From Octopus sinensis (lineage: Eukaryota): 64,000 bases of DNA. The translations under genes were made by a program, and so were the position numbers. Below, piece by piece: positions 1 to 12,945 of this stretch. The stretch's first letter is position 1. Every line of letters starts with the position of its first letter. The notes beneath the pieces are model-generated. The model did not search any database and had not been told where the DNA came from. It was given only the letters and a program-made list of their open reading frames with translations. The stretch is taken from NCBI RefSeq assembly GCF_006345805.1, contig NC_042999.1:66526001-66590000 (forward strand), given 5' to 3'.

Positions 1-959
1 ACTGAATTTTATGATAAATATCTCAAATGAAGATTTCTCGAAAGCATGAACAAAACAAGAATAGAATATAAAGAACTTACAGTGCCTTCAAGTGTTCTTC
101 ATAACGATATATAGTTGGACGTTTTCAGCTTCAGAATTGAATCATAAATAAAAGCTGTTACCATAAATATTGGTTTTCGGATTCAAAGTTGCAATATTGG
201 TAACTGATGGAATATCATATTTCTTACAAATGGCTTTAGAAAATAATAATAAATGGTTGATTCTTCTTTTCTTTATTGCTATTTATTTCAGTTGTATTTA
301 TTTTTATTTTTATTTATATGATCATTTATATTTCTTTAATTATTTATCAAAAATTGACTTGGAAACAAGAAAGCATTTTGTGTCAGTTCTATACTTACTT
401 AGAGTATTAAGAACTGAAATAACGGTTTTAATTATGAGGCGTATGCGTTGAAGTTAGTGTGGTGTTGTTGAAGGTATAGCAACTGTGCTTATGATGCAGT
501 CAAAACTATTTATCTGAGAATTTGTAATATAAATCATCAGGAGAGAGAGAGAGGAGAGAGGTGGGAGAGATAGAAAGACCAATAAGACAAACAAACACAC
601 ACAGAAGAGAAAATTAATATTGTGTTACACAATATATTGTACTTCGAAAACCTATTGTATATCATCTTAGAGAATTGATGTTACTTCGTTTGTCACTTCT
701 CTCTAAGCTAAAATATATTTATTTCTATTTTCCTCTATTCATCTACATTAGATGCATTAATGCCTGAGTGGCTCAGAATTTTGTTTCGTAACCAGCTAGA
801 ATTTAGATCGATCCCAATGCGCAGCACCATCCACAAGAAAGTGGGCGGATCGTTTTCAAAACAGAAAAATATTCGGCAACAGGTTTTGTGCGTGTGTTTT
901 CTATCTAGGCATACATGTGTTCACATTTATACACAAGTCTACATTTAAACACGCACGCA

Positions 960-1390
960 TATACACGCATATGGCTGTCCAAGAATTTGGACCTGGAGAT
1001 CTCCATTTCCAGCGACTTCGAGGGCCACCTCCCAGTGGCGTCGGGCATCAACGAAGAGCCCTCGACTACAACAAGACGACCAACGTTTTTTTTTTCCAAG
1101 GTCTGGGGTCTCCCGCCCCTAAGACCTAGACCATCACCTAATCACCCTTACCTGTCTTGTTGCTTAACAACAACAACTACTACATGCATATTTGCATACA
1201 TACAAAAGGGTAAAAAAAAAACCTCCTTTGTTACGAATGACCATGAGATATCACCTAGATAGTACCACCTCCGAGGCAGATGTCCGGACAAGAAAAATGG
1301 AAAACTCAATGCAAATTTGCCTTGTTTTAGCATTTAAATGATGCTATGATGATGACTAATGTAGCATACCAACATTCCCTTTGATCGGAT
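960..1390 (+). mobile_element. Possible 3' remnant of a non-LTR retrotransposon
   Basis: GC-richer island in AT-rich DNA, ending in attccctttgatcg (1374-1387), which resembles the gatccctattgatcg terminal motif of the Tx1-like copies. No diagnostic protein motif. Confidence 0.3.
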
Positions 1391-1582
1391 CACTATTCCG
1401 TCGCAGGGTTACCCATTGACAGCTAAGTGGACAGAGGCAATGTGAAATTAAATATTTTGTTGAAGAGTAAAAGGCGCAGCTGGTCTGAGAGCAGGATACA
1501 CCTAATTACTATACCACACACACACACAAAGAAATACATAGACACACAAACGAACAAACATATGCACACGTGTGTATATGTA

Positions 1583-1847
<265 letters not shown>

Positions 1848-2093
1848 ATTTATTTAGTGGCCACACAGGGCTGCACACCGATGGGACAAATTACAAGGTA
1901 GAGCTTTTCTTTTGGGGAATGAAAAAACAAAAAAACAAAAATCAAAAGAAACAAAAAAAAAATGTGGCGTAGGTTTTCGATCAAAAGGGATCGTAAAAGG
2001 GAAAAAAGAAAAAGAAAAAAGGAAAAGAAAAAAAAAAGAAACGAAAAAGGAAAAGAGAAGAAAAAAGAGGAAAAAAAACCATCAATAGGGATC

Positions 2094-2330
2094 TATTTCT
2101 TTACTACCCACAAGGGGCTAAACACAGAGGGGACAAACAAGGACAGACAAATGGGTTAAGTCGATTATATCAGCCCCAGTGCGTAACTGGTACTTAATTT
2201 ATCGACCCCGAAAGGATGAAAGGCAAAGTCGACCTCGGCAGAATTTGAAATCAGAACGTAGCGGCAGACGAAATACCGCTAAGCATTTCGTCCGGTGTGC
2301 TAACGTCTCTGCCAGCTCGCTACCTTCCTA
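2094..2330 (-). mobile_element. tRNA-derived SINE (octopus OK-like) with 13-bp target-site duplication
   Basis: Head ggtagcgagctggcagagacgttagc, gagttcaaattc-type B box; TSD atcaatagggatc at 2081-2093 and 2335-2347. Confidence 0.85.
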
Positions 2331-2510
2331 AACGATCAATAGGGATCGTGTATCACAGTGTCATGATGTACGGTGTAAAGGGGGAAGCAGATAAGGTTTA
2401 TCCGTGGGAAGAAAAGCCTACGAAAAAGACCGTGGTAACCTCGGTCAGTATTGTTATATGTTACCACATTTGTTTGCAAGTGGGTAACCCTCTGTTTTCA
2501 ATTTCTGGGT

Positions 2511-4312
2511 TCATAGGATTATGCTCAAGGTGGCTTCGTCATTCATACGTGCCATCATTGCTACATTCACCCATCCTTTTTTAAAACATTCGCAAGACAA
2601 AACCTGTCTCTCTATTCTCACTTTCCTTTTCAAGTGGTACTTGAAGAAGTTAATGAGAGATTGAGCAGAGAGGAAAGTGTTTGTCTCCAATCCTTTCAGA
2701 CGCGTCCACCAAATACATTCTTTCGCCATAGCCACAAGGATTATTAAAATAGCTCTTCCTTCCCGTTTGAAGGAAGGAGGCGAGACAATATTGACGATAG
2801 ACTCAGCTGATAAACCGACTCGTCCCACACGTGACAGCAATTGTTCGACATAAGCCCATAGTTCGGAAATTGTTGGACACTGCACGAGTGCGTGCAGAAC
2901 GGTTTCGTCGCTCTGACCGCATCTCGGGCAGGTCGGCCCCGTGTTTCTCAAGCCGTGTTGGTAGAGCTTATCCCGAACGGGTAGCGCTTCTCGGTAGCAC
3001 TGCCAGGCCAGGGATCTCTGGAAGTTGTCCATGGGCCCCGGCCCGAAAGTCGTCCCGAACAGGCGGGTCAGGTATTCCTCCTCGACGTCCAGGTTCGCCA
3101 CGAGCTCGTCATCGTACCTCCCCTCCACTAATCCCCTATAGAATGCTTTGGTTATGATGGAGTCACTCAAGGTCGACCCAGGACCGCAGAGTTGCTTGAG
3201 AGCAACGCAACACTCGCGGTGCCATTTGCCCTTCCTCGGCCTCTTTTTGATCCACGACTGCAGTTCGGTCATAGAGACGAGCTGCGGGAAAGCGTGCCCC
3301 ACAAACGGCAACCACACCTGTTCACCGTCGTCTACGAAGAGCCTGAGATGTCGCAGTCTCAGCGCGTGTTTGCGCATCATCAACCACGGCATGCCCAGTC
3401 CTCCTTTTAACGGGTGTTGACAGCAAATGGATCGCCTGATCATCGGGACGCATCCTTTCCACAAGAAACGAAAGAGAATGCGTTCTAGTTTGGTGATGGT
3501 AGGGTCACGACAAGGCACGACGGTCAGGCGGTAGTAGATGACGGACGCGATGTACGTGTTCGCCACCTCCGCCCGACCTTTTAGGGACAGTTTCCTCTCG
3601 GCCCATTTCCGGGCGAGAGTGACCACCCTACTCGTTATCTCGTTCCAGTTCTTCTCCACTTGGAGGTCCGGACCGAACCAGACCCCGAGCAACTCGACCG
3701 GACCGTCGGTCCAGCGTCCAACGACGGAGGCGCTGGTGGACGGCATGGGCTTGCTTCTCCAGGTGCGTAGTCGCAAGCCCACTGACTTTTCCCGGTTGGT
3801 TTTAGCTCCTATCACCGCTTCGTAGTTTTTCAGTGTCTCGCCGACCTGCTCGATGTGCTATGGCTAGACACTATGACGATGACGTCGTCTGCGTATGCAG
3901 ACACGCTCGTCCCGCATCCCAGTTCTCGCGGGATGCCCCTCATAGTTGCCAGCTTCAGCAATAATGGCTCGAGAGTCAATACGTATAGAAGCGACGAGAG
4001 GGGGCATCCCTGACAGACCAAACTAGCGATGTCGAAAGGTCTCGATAGATGTCCATTTACGCGAAATACTGAACGGATGCCTCTGTACAAAGCGGCTATC
4101 CAGCCGCGGAAGACGGGACCGAAGCTAGCCGCTCTGACGACAGCCCCCAAGTATCGATGGTCCACCCTATCGAAAGCTTTTGATTGATCCAAATTGATCC
4201 AAATTGATCAGCGCCCCACCCATGCCAGGTTCGTTAACTACCCTGTCTATGATGTAGCGCATCAGGTGGAGGTTGTCATGGATGGTCCGGCCTGGCACGG
4301 TGCACGTTTGCG
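2511..4312 (-). pseudogene. ORF2 (reverse transcriptase plus C-terminal zinc finger), frameshifted
   Basis: Pieces 4167-4312, 3830-4192 and 2511-3815 join into one Tx1-type ORF2 with frameshifts. Confidence 0.88.
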
Positions 4313-4313
4313 C

Positions 4314-4384
<71 letters not shown>

Positions 4385-4439
4385 CATATAAATGGATAGA
4401 TAAATAGATAGACAGACAGACAGACAGACAGATAGACAC

Positions 4440-4530
<91 letters not shown>
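4313..4530. repeat. (TAGA)n microsatellite
   Basis: Direct reading; abuts the 5'-truncated end of LINE copy A. Confidence 0.95.
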
Positions 4531-4531
<1 letters not shown>

Positions 4532-5022
4532 ATGAAATTGTACGTTGACAGGTTATTTTTGTTACAAAGGCAATTATCCTAAAGGCTTTGTTCCCTTTCA
4601 AGACAAAGAATATTGACTCCCTTTTCGTGCACTCGACAATGTGCTTTTCCACGCGCTGTTATGATCAATGTGTGTGACATTTTAAATCTTGTATAACTTT
4701 GGAGCGTTTGACTCAAACCTTCTAAACGGTTTTAAATGTTAAATAGATATTTTGAACGTGTGTAATCAATATATTCTTCGTTATAACTAAGGGTTAGTTA
4801 TGATGCTATTTAAGAAATTGCTTTGTTTCACAGTAATGTTGCCAATAGTATTTATTTCTTTTTTTTATTACACGTAAGAATACTTCGCGTGTTGGGGAAA
4901 TTTGAGTGAGTGTTCAGGTGCAAGCCAGCAAAATGCCATGAAACCAAAGCAATGCATTGTCTTTTAAAAATAACTTATTAAGATATTCATGTTCCTCACC
5001 TAATATACTAGCAGCAGTAGCA

Positions 5023-5359
5023 GGAGGCGCAATGGCCCAGTAGTTAGGGCAGCGGACTCGCGGTCGTAAGAACGCGGTTTCGATTCCCGGTCCCGTCATT
5101 GTGTGTGTTTATTGAGCGAAAACACTTAAAGCTCCACGAGGATCCAGCAGGGGGTGTTGGCGACCCCTGTTGTACCCTTTCGCCCCAACTTTCTCTCACT
5201 CTTTCTTCCTGTTTCTTGTCCCAGAATTCCTACGCAACCGCTGAGCCTGGATGTGCAACTGCTTTTCTCTTCTGCGGGTCTTACGAATAGCAAAGGACCA
5301 CGTTTCGGACTTTTCCCATCTTGCAAGCTCTGGGACGAAGACCGTTCGCTCAACAGCCA
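5023..5359 (+). mobile_element. tRNA-derived SINE (OR-type head ggaggcgcaatggcccag), tail variant 1
   Basis: A box tggcccagtagtt, B-box-like gtttcgattcc; TSD cagcagtagca at 5012-5022 and 5360-5370. Confidence 0.8.
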
Positions 5360-5449
5360 CAGCAGTAGCATTAACAATCGTCATCAAAATCAGTAGCAGT
5401 TATCATCATCATCATCATCATCATCAAAACGAGACCAATTGAAGCAGCT

Positions 5450-5486
<37 letters not shown>

Positions 5487-5489
5487 GAC

Positions 5490-6066
5490 ACTAGGCTCAA
5501 GGCCCGAATTTTTTTAAAGAAGGGACCAGTCGATTAGATCGACACCAATACGCAGCTGGTACTTAATTTATCGACTCCGAGAGGATGAAAGGCAAAGTCG
5601 ATCTCGGTGGAACTTGAACTCAGAATGTAATGACAGACGAAATACCTATTTCTTTACTACCCACAAGGGGCTAAACACAGAAAGGAGAAACAAGGACAGA
5701 CAAACGGATTAAGTCGATTTTATCGACCCCAGTGCGTAACTGATACTTATTTAATCGATCCACAAAGGATGAAAGGCAAAGTTGACGTCGGCGGAAATTG
5801 AACTCAGAACCTAGCGCAGACGAAATACTTATTTCTATTTCTCTACTACTCACAAGGGGCTAAACACAGAGAGGACAAACAAGGACAGACAAACGGATCA
5901 TGTCGATTATATCGACCCAGTGCACAACTGGTACTTATTTAATCGACCCCGAAAGGGATAAAGGCAAAGTCGACCTCGGCGGAATTTGAACTCAGAACGT
6001 AACGACAGACGAAACACAGCTACGCATTTCGCCCGGCGTGCTAACGTTTCTGCCAGCTCACCGCCT
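5490..6066 (-). mobile_element. OK-like SINE multimer (one head, three body/tail units)
   Basis: Repeated gatgaaaggcaaagtcgacctcggcggaatttgaactcagaacg units joined at gacgaaatac(c/t)tatttc; head at ~6020-6066. Confidence 0.85.
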
Positions 6067-6900
6067 TGCAACTCGGAATATATTGGGAAGTTTTATGTAG
6101 TGGAAACGACGCCATGCAGTCGTTGTTGCAGAATATAAAAGAATGGATAGAATTATACGTAACGAGGAAATTAGTTTTAGTTTAGTTTTGTTTAGAAAAC
6201 AAATGGGTTAAGAAAAATATATCTGGAAGACTTTGTTCTAGCATGGCCTTAGTTGAATTGGCTATAGGAAACAAAGAAACAAAAAACCACATAAAGAAAC
6301 AGATATAGTGACTGGTATAGGGCAGCATGTATTTTGGTCCTTTCTTATAAGGAAACAATAAAGCATAAACGAGACGTTCATTAGTTAAATACATTAGGCA
6401 AAGATAAATCAATAAATGGTTAAAAGGAAGTATAAAAATCACAGCGATTCTTCAAAAAATATACAAGACAAAATGGGTAAAAGAAAAAAAAAGAGCGATA
6501 TATCTATGAAGAGTATCCTACAAGAACTAACAAGAAAAGTGATACACCACGAAAGATACGAATGACGTTTAATCTATGTAATACATAGCTAGAAAGGAAA
6601 AATCTAATTTTCGCTGTAAAATATCAATACATAAGCACCATACAGCTAACGAAATAAAACAAAGGAACAAGACGCTAATAACACCCTGTAGCGGACAGTG
6701 CAATCAACATAACTGAATATTCAAGTATCTAATTTGTATTTGCCTAATTCTTGCACAAACAGATACAATATGTCATGTAGTTAGTTACATTTATTACAAA
6801 ATATGCAGTTACTTCAACGTAGATACTGAATATAAGTGATATATGTATGTTTCAAATCCAGCATGTTATAAGTAGGTTGCTATAGCATTCTGGAACATTT

Positions 6901-7436
6901 CGTATTTCTTTACAACCCACAAGGTGCTAAACAGAGAGGACAAACAAGGACAGACAAACGGATTATGTCGATTATATCGACCCCATTGCGTAACTGGTAC
7001 TTAATTTATTGACCCCGAAAGGATGAACGTCAAAGTCGACCTCGGCAGAATTTGAACTCACAACGTAGCGGCAGACGAAATACCTATTTCTTTACTACCC
7101 ACAAGGGACTAAACAGAGGGAGGACAAACAAGGACAGACAACCGCATTAAGTCGATTACATCGACCCCAGTGCGTAACTGGTACTTAATTTATCGACCCC
7201 GAAAGGATGAAAGGCAAAGCCGACCTCGGCGGAATTTGAACTCAGAACGTAACGGCAGACGAAATACTGCTGAGCATTTCGCCCGGCGTGCTAACGATTC
7301 TGCCAACTCGCCGCCTTCCTAAGGAAGGATGAAAGGCAAAGTCGACTTGGGCAGAATTTGAACTCAGAACGAAGCGACAGGCGAAATAGCGCTACGCATA
7401 TCGCCCGGTGTGCTAACGTTTCTGCCAGCTCGCCAC
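6901..7436 (-). mobile_element. OK-like SINE cluster (body+tail, full copy, partial copy)
   Basis: Same family motifs; heads end at ~7318 and ~7436. Confidence 0.85.
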
Positions 7437-7689
7437 CTACTCTGGAAGATTTCTGTCGAGAGTGCCATAGATTTCATTGTCAACTCCATCTAGTGATGGC
7501 TTGATTATATAACAGAAAGGAAAGACTCTGTTCCATGTTACACATCGTAATCGATTCCGACCCAAGAAAGTCAAAATGTTATCAAAGTAGAACGACTTTG
7601 CAGAAAATCAGGAAGTATGTGAATGTGATCTTGAAGGGAAATAAACAAAAGCGGTGTGTAGTTCCTTATGTGGGCAGGAGAAAAGGGTA

Positions 7690-8470
7690 GTTGTGAGCGT
7701 GAGAATCTGCGCGTGTGAGCGTGTGCATATGCGTGTGTGGCGCGTGAGTGTAGGTCTAGTGCACGTGTCTGCACGATTGATTCAGTTCTGTGACTGAATG
7801 GAATTGTTCGTATGCGCGTGTGAATATGTGAATGCTTGCTTATGTGAGTGTATTCCATTATTTCTGTAAGCATGTCTGTGTGTGAGTGTGTGGTATGGTG
7901 CATTTTAGAATAGGTAGGTGTATGATCGCATGTTTATGCGATGGCATTTGGGAGTGTGTGTGTGTGTACGCGCGGGGCTGGGGTTCTGCCTACGTGTGTA
8001 TACACCTGTACCTGTGCATATCTGTGTGTATGCGTGTGTGTGCACGTGTACCCGTACATATCTGTGTGTGTGTGTGTGTGTGTGTATGGAGAGTGTATGT
8101 GTAATTTGAATGTATATGGTTGTCTGTTCTCATGTTCCGCTGCATGCCTGTAATTATGTGCTTGAATGTGTGTGTATATGCGTATGTGCATGCGTGCGTG
8201 TATGTATGTCTGTATGTATGTATGTATGTATGTATGTATGTGTGCGTGTCTCTGCTTACGTATGTTTGCACCTGTGCGTGTGCATATTTGTGTGTATGTG
8301 CGTGTATGCCCGTGCATTATCTGTGTGTGTGTGTATAAGGAGTGTATGCGTAGTGTATATGTATGTGTTTGTATGTTCTTGCGTTCCTCTGTGTGTGTGA
8401 TTCTGTTTATGTGTGTATATGTGTGTGAGTGTGCGCGCGCGGAGGTGCCGATCCTCGCCTGTGCATAGAT
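7690..8470. repeat. Degenerate (TG)/(TATG) low-complexity tract
   Basis: Source of the spurious VCVC/HTHT ORFs. Confidence 0.85.
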
Positions 8471-8968
8471 GTGCATGATTGTATACCGGAATAAACTCTC
8501 CACTACTTGCCTTATAATTTCTACTGTTAATTCATTGGTATGTCTTAAATTAGGACGCTAATCCGGTCCCCGCAGACTTTCCGACAGCACAAATGTCGCG
8601 TTCGACTTCGATTGATGGAAAAAATTAGGAACGTATTGTAGTGGAACACCTCAAACTACGCTTAATTTCCGCAATTCCTATCCAATGTCCTAATAGATAT
8701 CTATCTAGTTACGATTTGGAAATCCATCTGCATTGTTAGAATACTTCAGACAGCTCTTTCCAATATTCTGTCTCAGAGGTATTGAAAGACGCTGATGGCT
8801 TTCCAGCAATAAGCAAAGTAAGATCGATTTCAACTTTGGTATAGTATATTTTTTCATAAGTCAAATTAGTCTCTATATATTTCAGGATATTCCTTGTGGA
8901 TCGCTAAATGAATAGAGGTCTTGGACTGGAGTGAATTAGAGAATTGCTGTGCTTCGCTCTCCTTCGCT

Positions 8969-9007
<39 letters not shown>

Positions 9008-9559
9008 CATCCCTCTTTTCCCCTCTCTCTCTCTCCTCTCTGTCTGCCTGTTTCTCTCTCTCTATTCATCTATCTATCTATCTCAGTCTCTCAGTGTCTC
9101 TTGTTCGGTCAAAAGTATTCCGCACTGAGATCTGGAAAGAGATGACCGCCATCACACAAAATTCTAATATAATTGTATGCTTTCCTATGACCATATTCCT
9201 GGAGTTCTGGCCCGAAGTAATGCAAGGGAAAATATATCTTTAATATCCTATTAGTAATCACTGGTGAATGCATATTTCAGAAAATGAGAGTATTATGATT
9301 TGCAAATATTTTCATTTCATTTCGGCACATCGTTGTGTTTGTTGAAGATGAGTATATTACTAATTCATGCGTATATTACTAATGAGTATATTACTAAGTT
9401 TTTGTTAAATTCAAAGTATGTGTTAACTCTTAACTGTTTTAAGAACACATTCAAAAGTTCTTCTAGTCATCTAATTATGGAGGAGATATGAAAAAATAGA
9501 AAATATGATTGAAGCTCCTTCGCTTAATAATTGAAAACAGTATAAGCTTTCCAGAGTCT

Positions 9560-10959
9560 ACCCCGTCAATAATTAGTATTCATGTGTCCTCCTTTTGCTC
9601 TTATAACCATGTCTATGCAGTTTTACATACTTGAGACTAAGTTGGCGCAAGTGGCTGGTTTAATTTTCTGCCACTGTTCATGAATTTTGGTTTCTACTTC
9701 GCCTTTCGAAGAACATTTGTGCATCGTCACTCTTGTACTTAAGTGTCACCACAAATGTTCAAATAGAGTGAGGTCTGAAGATTGAGGGAGCCATTTTATT
9801 ACCCTCATCCCTTTCTCCACATTGAGATTCTGAATATGTGGCATGGAACATTGTCTTGTTGAAAGATTACGCTGTCTGGGATGTTATCGTAGAAAGTTTC
9901 AGCTAAGGAAGTTTGATGAACATGAGGTAACAAGCTGGTGTGATTGTTGGTATTCATTCTACCCTCACAAGTGAAAATTATTCTTGGGATTGAAGCCCCA
10001 AACCATTACAATTCCTCCTCTACATTTGACTGTTCGGATCACGCATTCAGAATGATATGCCTCTCCACCTCTAGGGCGAGCGTAAACAGCTCCAGAGGTT
10101 CCAAAGATCTGAGGAGGAAGGAAAATTTACAGATCATTTTTGGTATCCAAGGAAAAAATTTGGACAAGTGTAAGAATTTCAATGATGTCTAGTAAAGTGA
10201 TGGAAATGAATGTGGAGAACCTACATCAAAGTTATTTTCATCAGTCCAAACAACTTTACCCCAATCATCAGTCCAATCTCCGTGCTCTTTTGCCCAAGAC
10301 AATCGCTTCTTCATATTCACCTCAGACGGCAACGGCTTTTTTGTAGTCTTACATCCTTTGAGCCTAGATTCTTATAAACTTATCACTGTGCAGTTTCATA
10401 TACCCTTGCTTGTTGTCACCCAAAACGCAGAAGATACGTCAAAAGAGGTCTTTTTTTCTATCTGCCACAGATGTCCTCTTCAACAAACTGTCTTCCCTCG
10501 TGGATCTACACTTCGCAACCTCGTCCTTTACAGTTTTTGAAAGAATTGGTCTCATTGTACCTTTTGATGGACACCTTTTCATGAGCATTTCAATTATCTT
10601 GGGAGAATCCTCTACTGGGTAATGAAATGTTTGGAGCCCTTTGAGCTTTAGAAATCTGTTGTTTGGAGACATTTTTAATAGATTTTAACCACTGATAAGT
10701 TATTAATAAGATATTCACAGAAAAAAAATAAGAAAAAACTTTCGTGTCACATAATGAGTATCAGAAAATTTACCCAGACACTTGTGTCCACTTAGTCTCA
10801 AGTATGCAAAAATGCATAAAATTGGTTATAAAAACAAATATTAATTATTGATGGAATAGACTCTAAATGTTTATTACACTGTTTTTAATTATCAAGTACA
10901 AGAGTGTCAAACATATTCTCTAGTTATTCACACCTGCTCCATATTTTTGGCCAAGGCTG

Positions 10960-10960
<1 letters not shown>
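9560..10960 (-). mobile_element. Degenerate Tc1-family DNA transposon
   Basis: Minus-strand motifs GEAYHSECVIRTVKCRGGIVMVWGF, IFQQDNVPCH and WLPQSSDLTLFEHLW (Tc1 DD34E region); TIR-like tacagccttggccaaaaatatggag at ~10961-10937. Left end not identified. Confidence 0.8.
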
Positions 10961-10961
<1 letters not shown>

Positions 10962-11004
<43 letters not shown>

Positions 11005-11142
11005 TTATATATATATAATTATATACTATTTATATACTATTTCTTTATTATTTAGTACTTCATTAGTTTTAGGTAAATGTTCTGTATGGTATGAGTTAAG
11101 TATATCATTGTTGAATTGCTTCATGGTGGTTCTTCTCTAATT

Positions 11143-11180
<38 letters not shown>

Positions 11181-11190
11181 TATATATATT

Positions 11191-11280
<90 letters not shown>
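10962..11280. repeat. (CT)n and (TA)n microsatellites
   Basis: Direct reading. Confidence 0.9.
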
Positions 11281-12199
11281 TGCTGCTGTTATTATCGACA
11301 GCATTATAAATAGTTGATAGTAATAGAAACATTAATATAAGTTGTTCATATAAAAATCTTACCTTCTTCAGCACCTATTGAAATACTATCCGAATCTGCC
11401 ATGTTGAAATCTGCTGGTGTCTTTCGGTTCACATATGTACCTGTACCATTAGGTATATAGCTTTATTCTATATTGGTATGTGAAATATTTTTTCAATCTC
11501 CTAATATACTGTTCAATCTGTTGTTTTCGGTCTTAATTTTTGGGTGATTCAAATAAGGGTTTTGACTCTTATTTCTAGCAGCTAGACACTTTAATGTGTC
11601 CTTATGATTAATTTCATTTATATGTGTATATATATATATATATATATGGCTGTGCGTGTGTGTGTATATGTGTGTCTGTGTACGTGTGTAACCTTGCTAT
11701 ATTTATCTAATTGATTTATGAAATAACGCAGTGATACCTAAACCATTTGAATATACCCCATAGTAGATTTTGGTGTGAATAATAATCACAGCTCGCACAT
11801 AACTGAATTAACAGCTGAAAAGGTGTTTAATAATTTAAATTAGTCTACAGGATTTGGTTACAAACGTAACAGCATTTGCTTTAAATGCAATATAGTAGTA
11901 GCTTTAAAAGACGGTACATCCGATATTTGAAAACAGCTTTAACTGATGAATTTAAAGTAAATAAAAGTATAACGAACGCCATCGTACTAGATAACCTCCT
12001 TTGACTGATGATGGTGAAGATAAATAATCAACCAGACAGTTGCTTAAGATTGTTTCGTGTATCTAGTAATTATATAAAATACTTACTGTGAAGCACAGTG
12101 TAGAATATATTGCATAAAGTTTGTGGGTAAGGCCAAAACAATGCGAAGTAAATCCAAGGTAAATAACAAGAAAACAAATACGTGAATTAATGCAGACTT

Positions 12200-12945
12200 A
12201 CCTTGAATTCAATATTTCGGGGTGATGACACCATTTTCAAGAAATTGACGAATGTTGCCGATTTGCGTGTGTGGAGTGGACATGTGCGGAAGGGTGTCGC
12301 TATGTCAACCAGCTGGCTTCCTGTAACTCCCTTCTATTATTGATTTTGGGTTTCTTTTGGTGTATGAGGATAGTCTCAGAGATTGTAAGATTACCCCTGT
12401 TCCGCTGTGTTGCCTTGATGTGCTCTGTGAACTCCTGAGTCTGGCATTTCCGTAGATGTTTCTTCACGGAAGTGTCTGTCTGCATGTGTTCCTTAATGCG
12501 TACGTGCAGTTTTCTTCTCGTGCTTCCGATGTAGGATGCGCCACACATGATCTCATATACAACATAGGTCCTCTGGCACAATTCAGTGTCATTGGTGGGA
12601 CAGTTCGACAATGTGCACTGCTCAGAGTAGTGAGAGTTGTTGTACTTCGATAGAGCTTTTCTCAGGGAAGGGCCGGTGTGCACTATCTGTATGTAAAGTC
12701 CTTCCCTGCGGATTGCGTCTTGTATCGCTGCAGTAGTTCTCCCGACAAAGTAGTTCTTCCGTTAGGAAGCACGGGTCAGACTTGCGAGTATGCTGGTTTT
12801 CCCAGGGCTTATTGACCTTGATCTTCTTGCGCCGTTGTTTAAGATGGTGGGTAACCATTCAGGGTTAGATCTTTGGTGTAGACGGCTTTGTCGGTCACGT
12901 TGCTGCAGTTCTTGGTTATACGTGCAATCTCGTTTCTCACGATTA
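12200..12945 (-). mobile_element. Penelope-like element 3' fragment (RT thumb end plus GIY-YIG endonuclease)
   Basis: LTLNGYP thumb motif; VVYEIMCGASYIGSTRRKLHVRIKEH GIY-YIG motif; ETILIHQKKPKINNR C-terminus. Confidence 0.85.
12206..12246 (-). ncRNA. Degenerate minimal type I hammerhead-like motif in the PLE 3' region
   Basis: atttc-UUGAAAA-u-ggtg(tcat)cacc-cc-GAAA-tat-t-gaatt; imperfect stems I and II; ~55 nt downstream of the GIY-YIG stop on the same strand. Confidence 0.4.

Larger units (their letters stand above)
1846..4312 (-). mobile_element. Tx1/L1-clade LINE, 5'-truncated copy A, flanked on both sides by (TAGA)n
   Basis: RT motifs [35 protein letters not shown]; C-terminal CPRCGQSDETVLHALVQC zinc motif; 3' UTR ending aataaa then (TATC)n on the minus strand. 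Confidence 0.9.

Noticed and set aside
985-1085. EGHLPVA/EGHLPLA similarity between ORF 915-1262 and ORF 22127-22315
   Set aside because: In copy B this is not the ORF2 reading frame, and the match is too short to call homology.
5023-5100. Functional tRNA genes at SINE heads (also ~27917, ~47450, ~48813)
   Set aside because: A/B boxes are present but no complete cloverleaf or acceptor stem was seen, and each continues into a repeat body.
5295-5360. Possible antisense hammerhead in the SINE tail (gatggg...ccgaaacgtgg)
   Set aside because: The core would be ttgcaaga or ctgttga, with no consistent stem I.
11995-12050. ctgatga-tggtga...tcaacc-agaca hammerhead-like string on the plus strand
   Set aside because: GAAA is lost and stems I and III are unconvincing; at best a heavily decayed relic.
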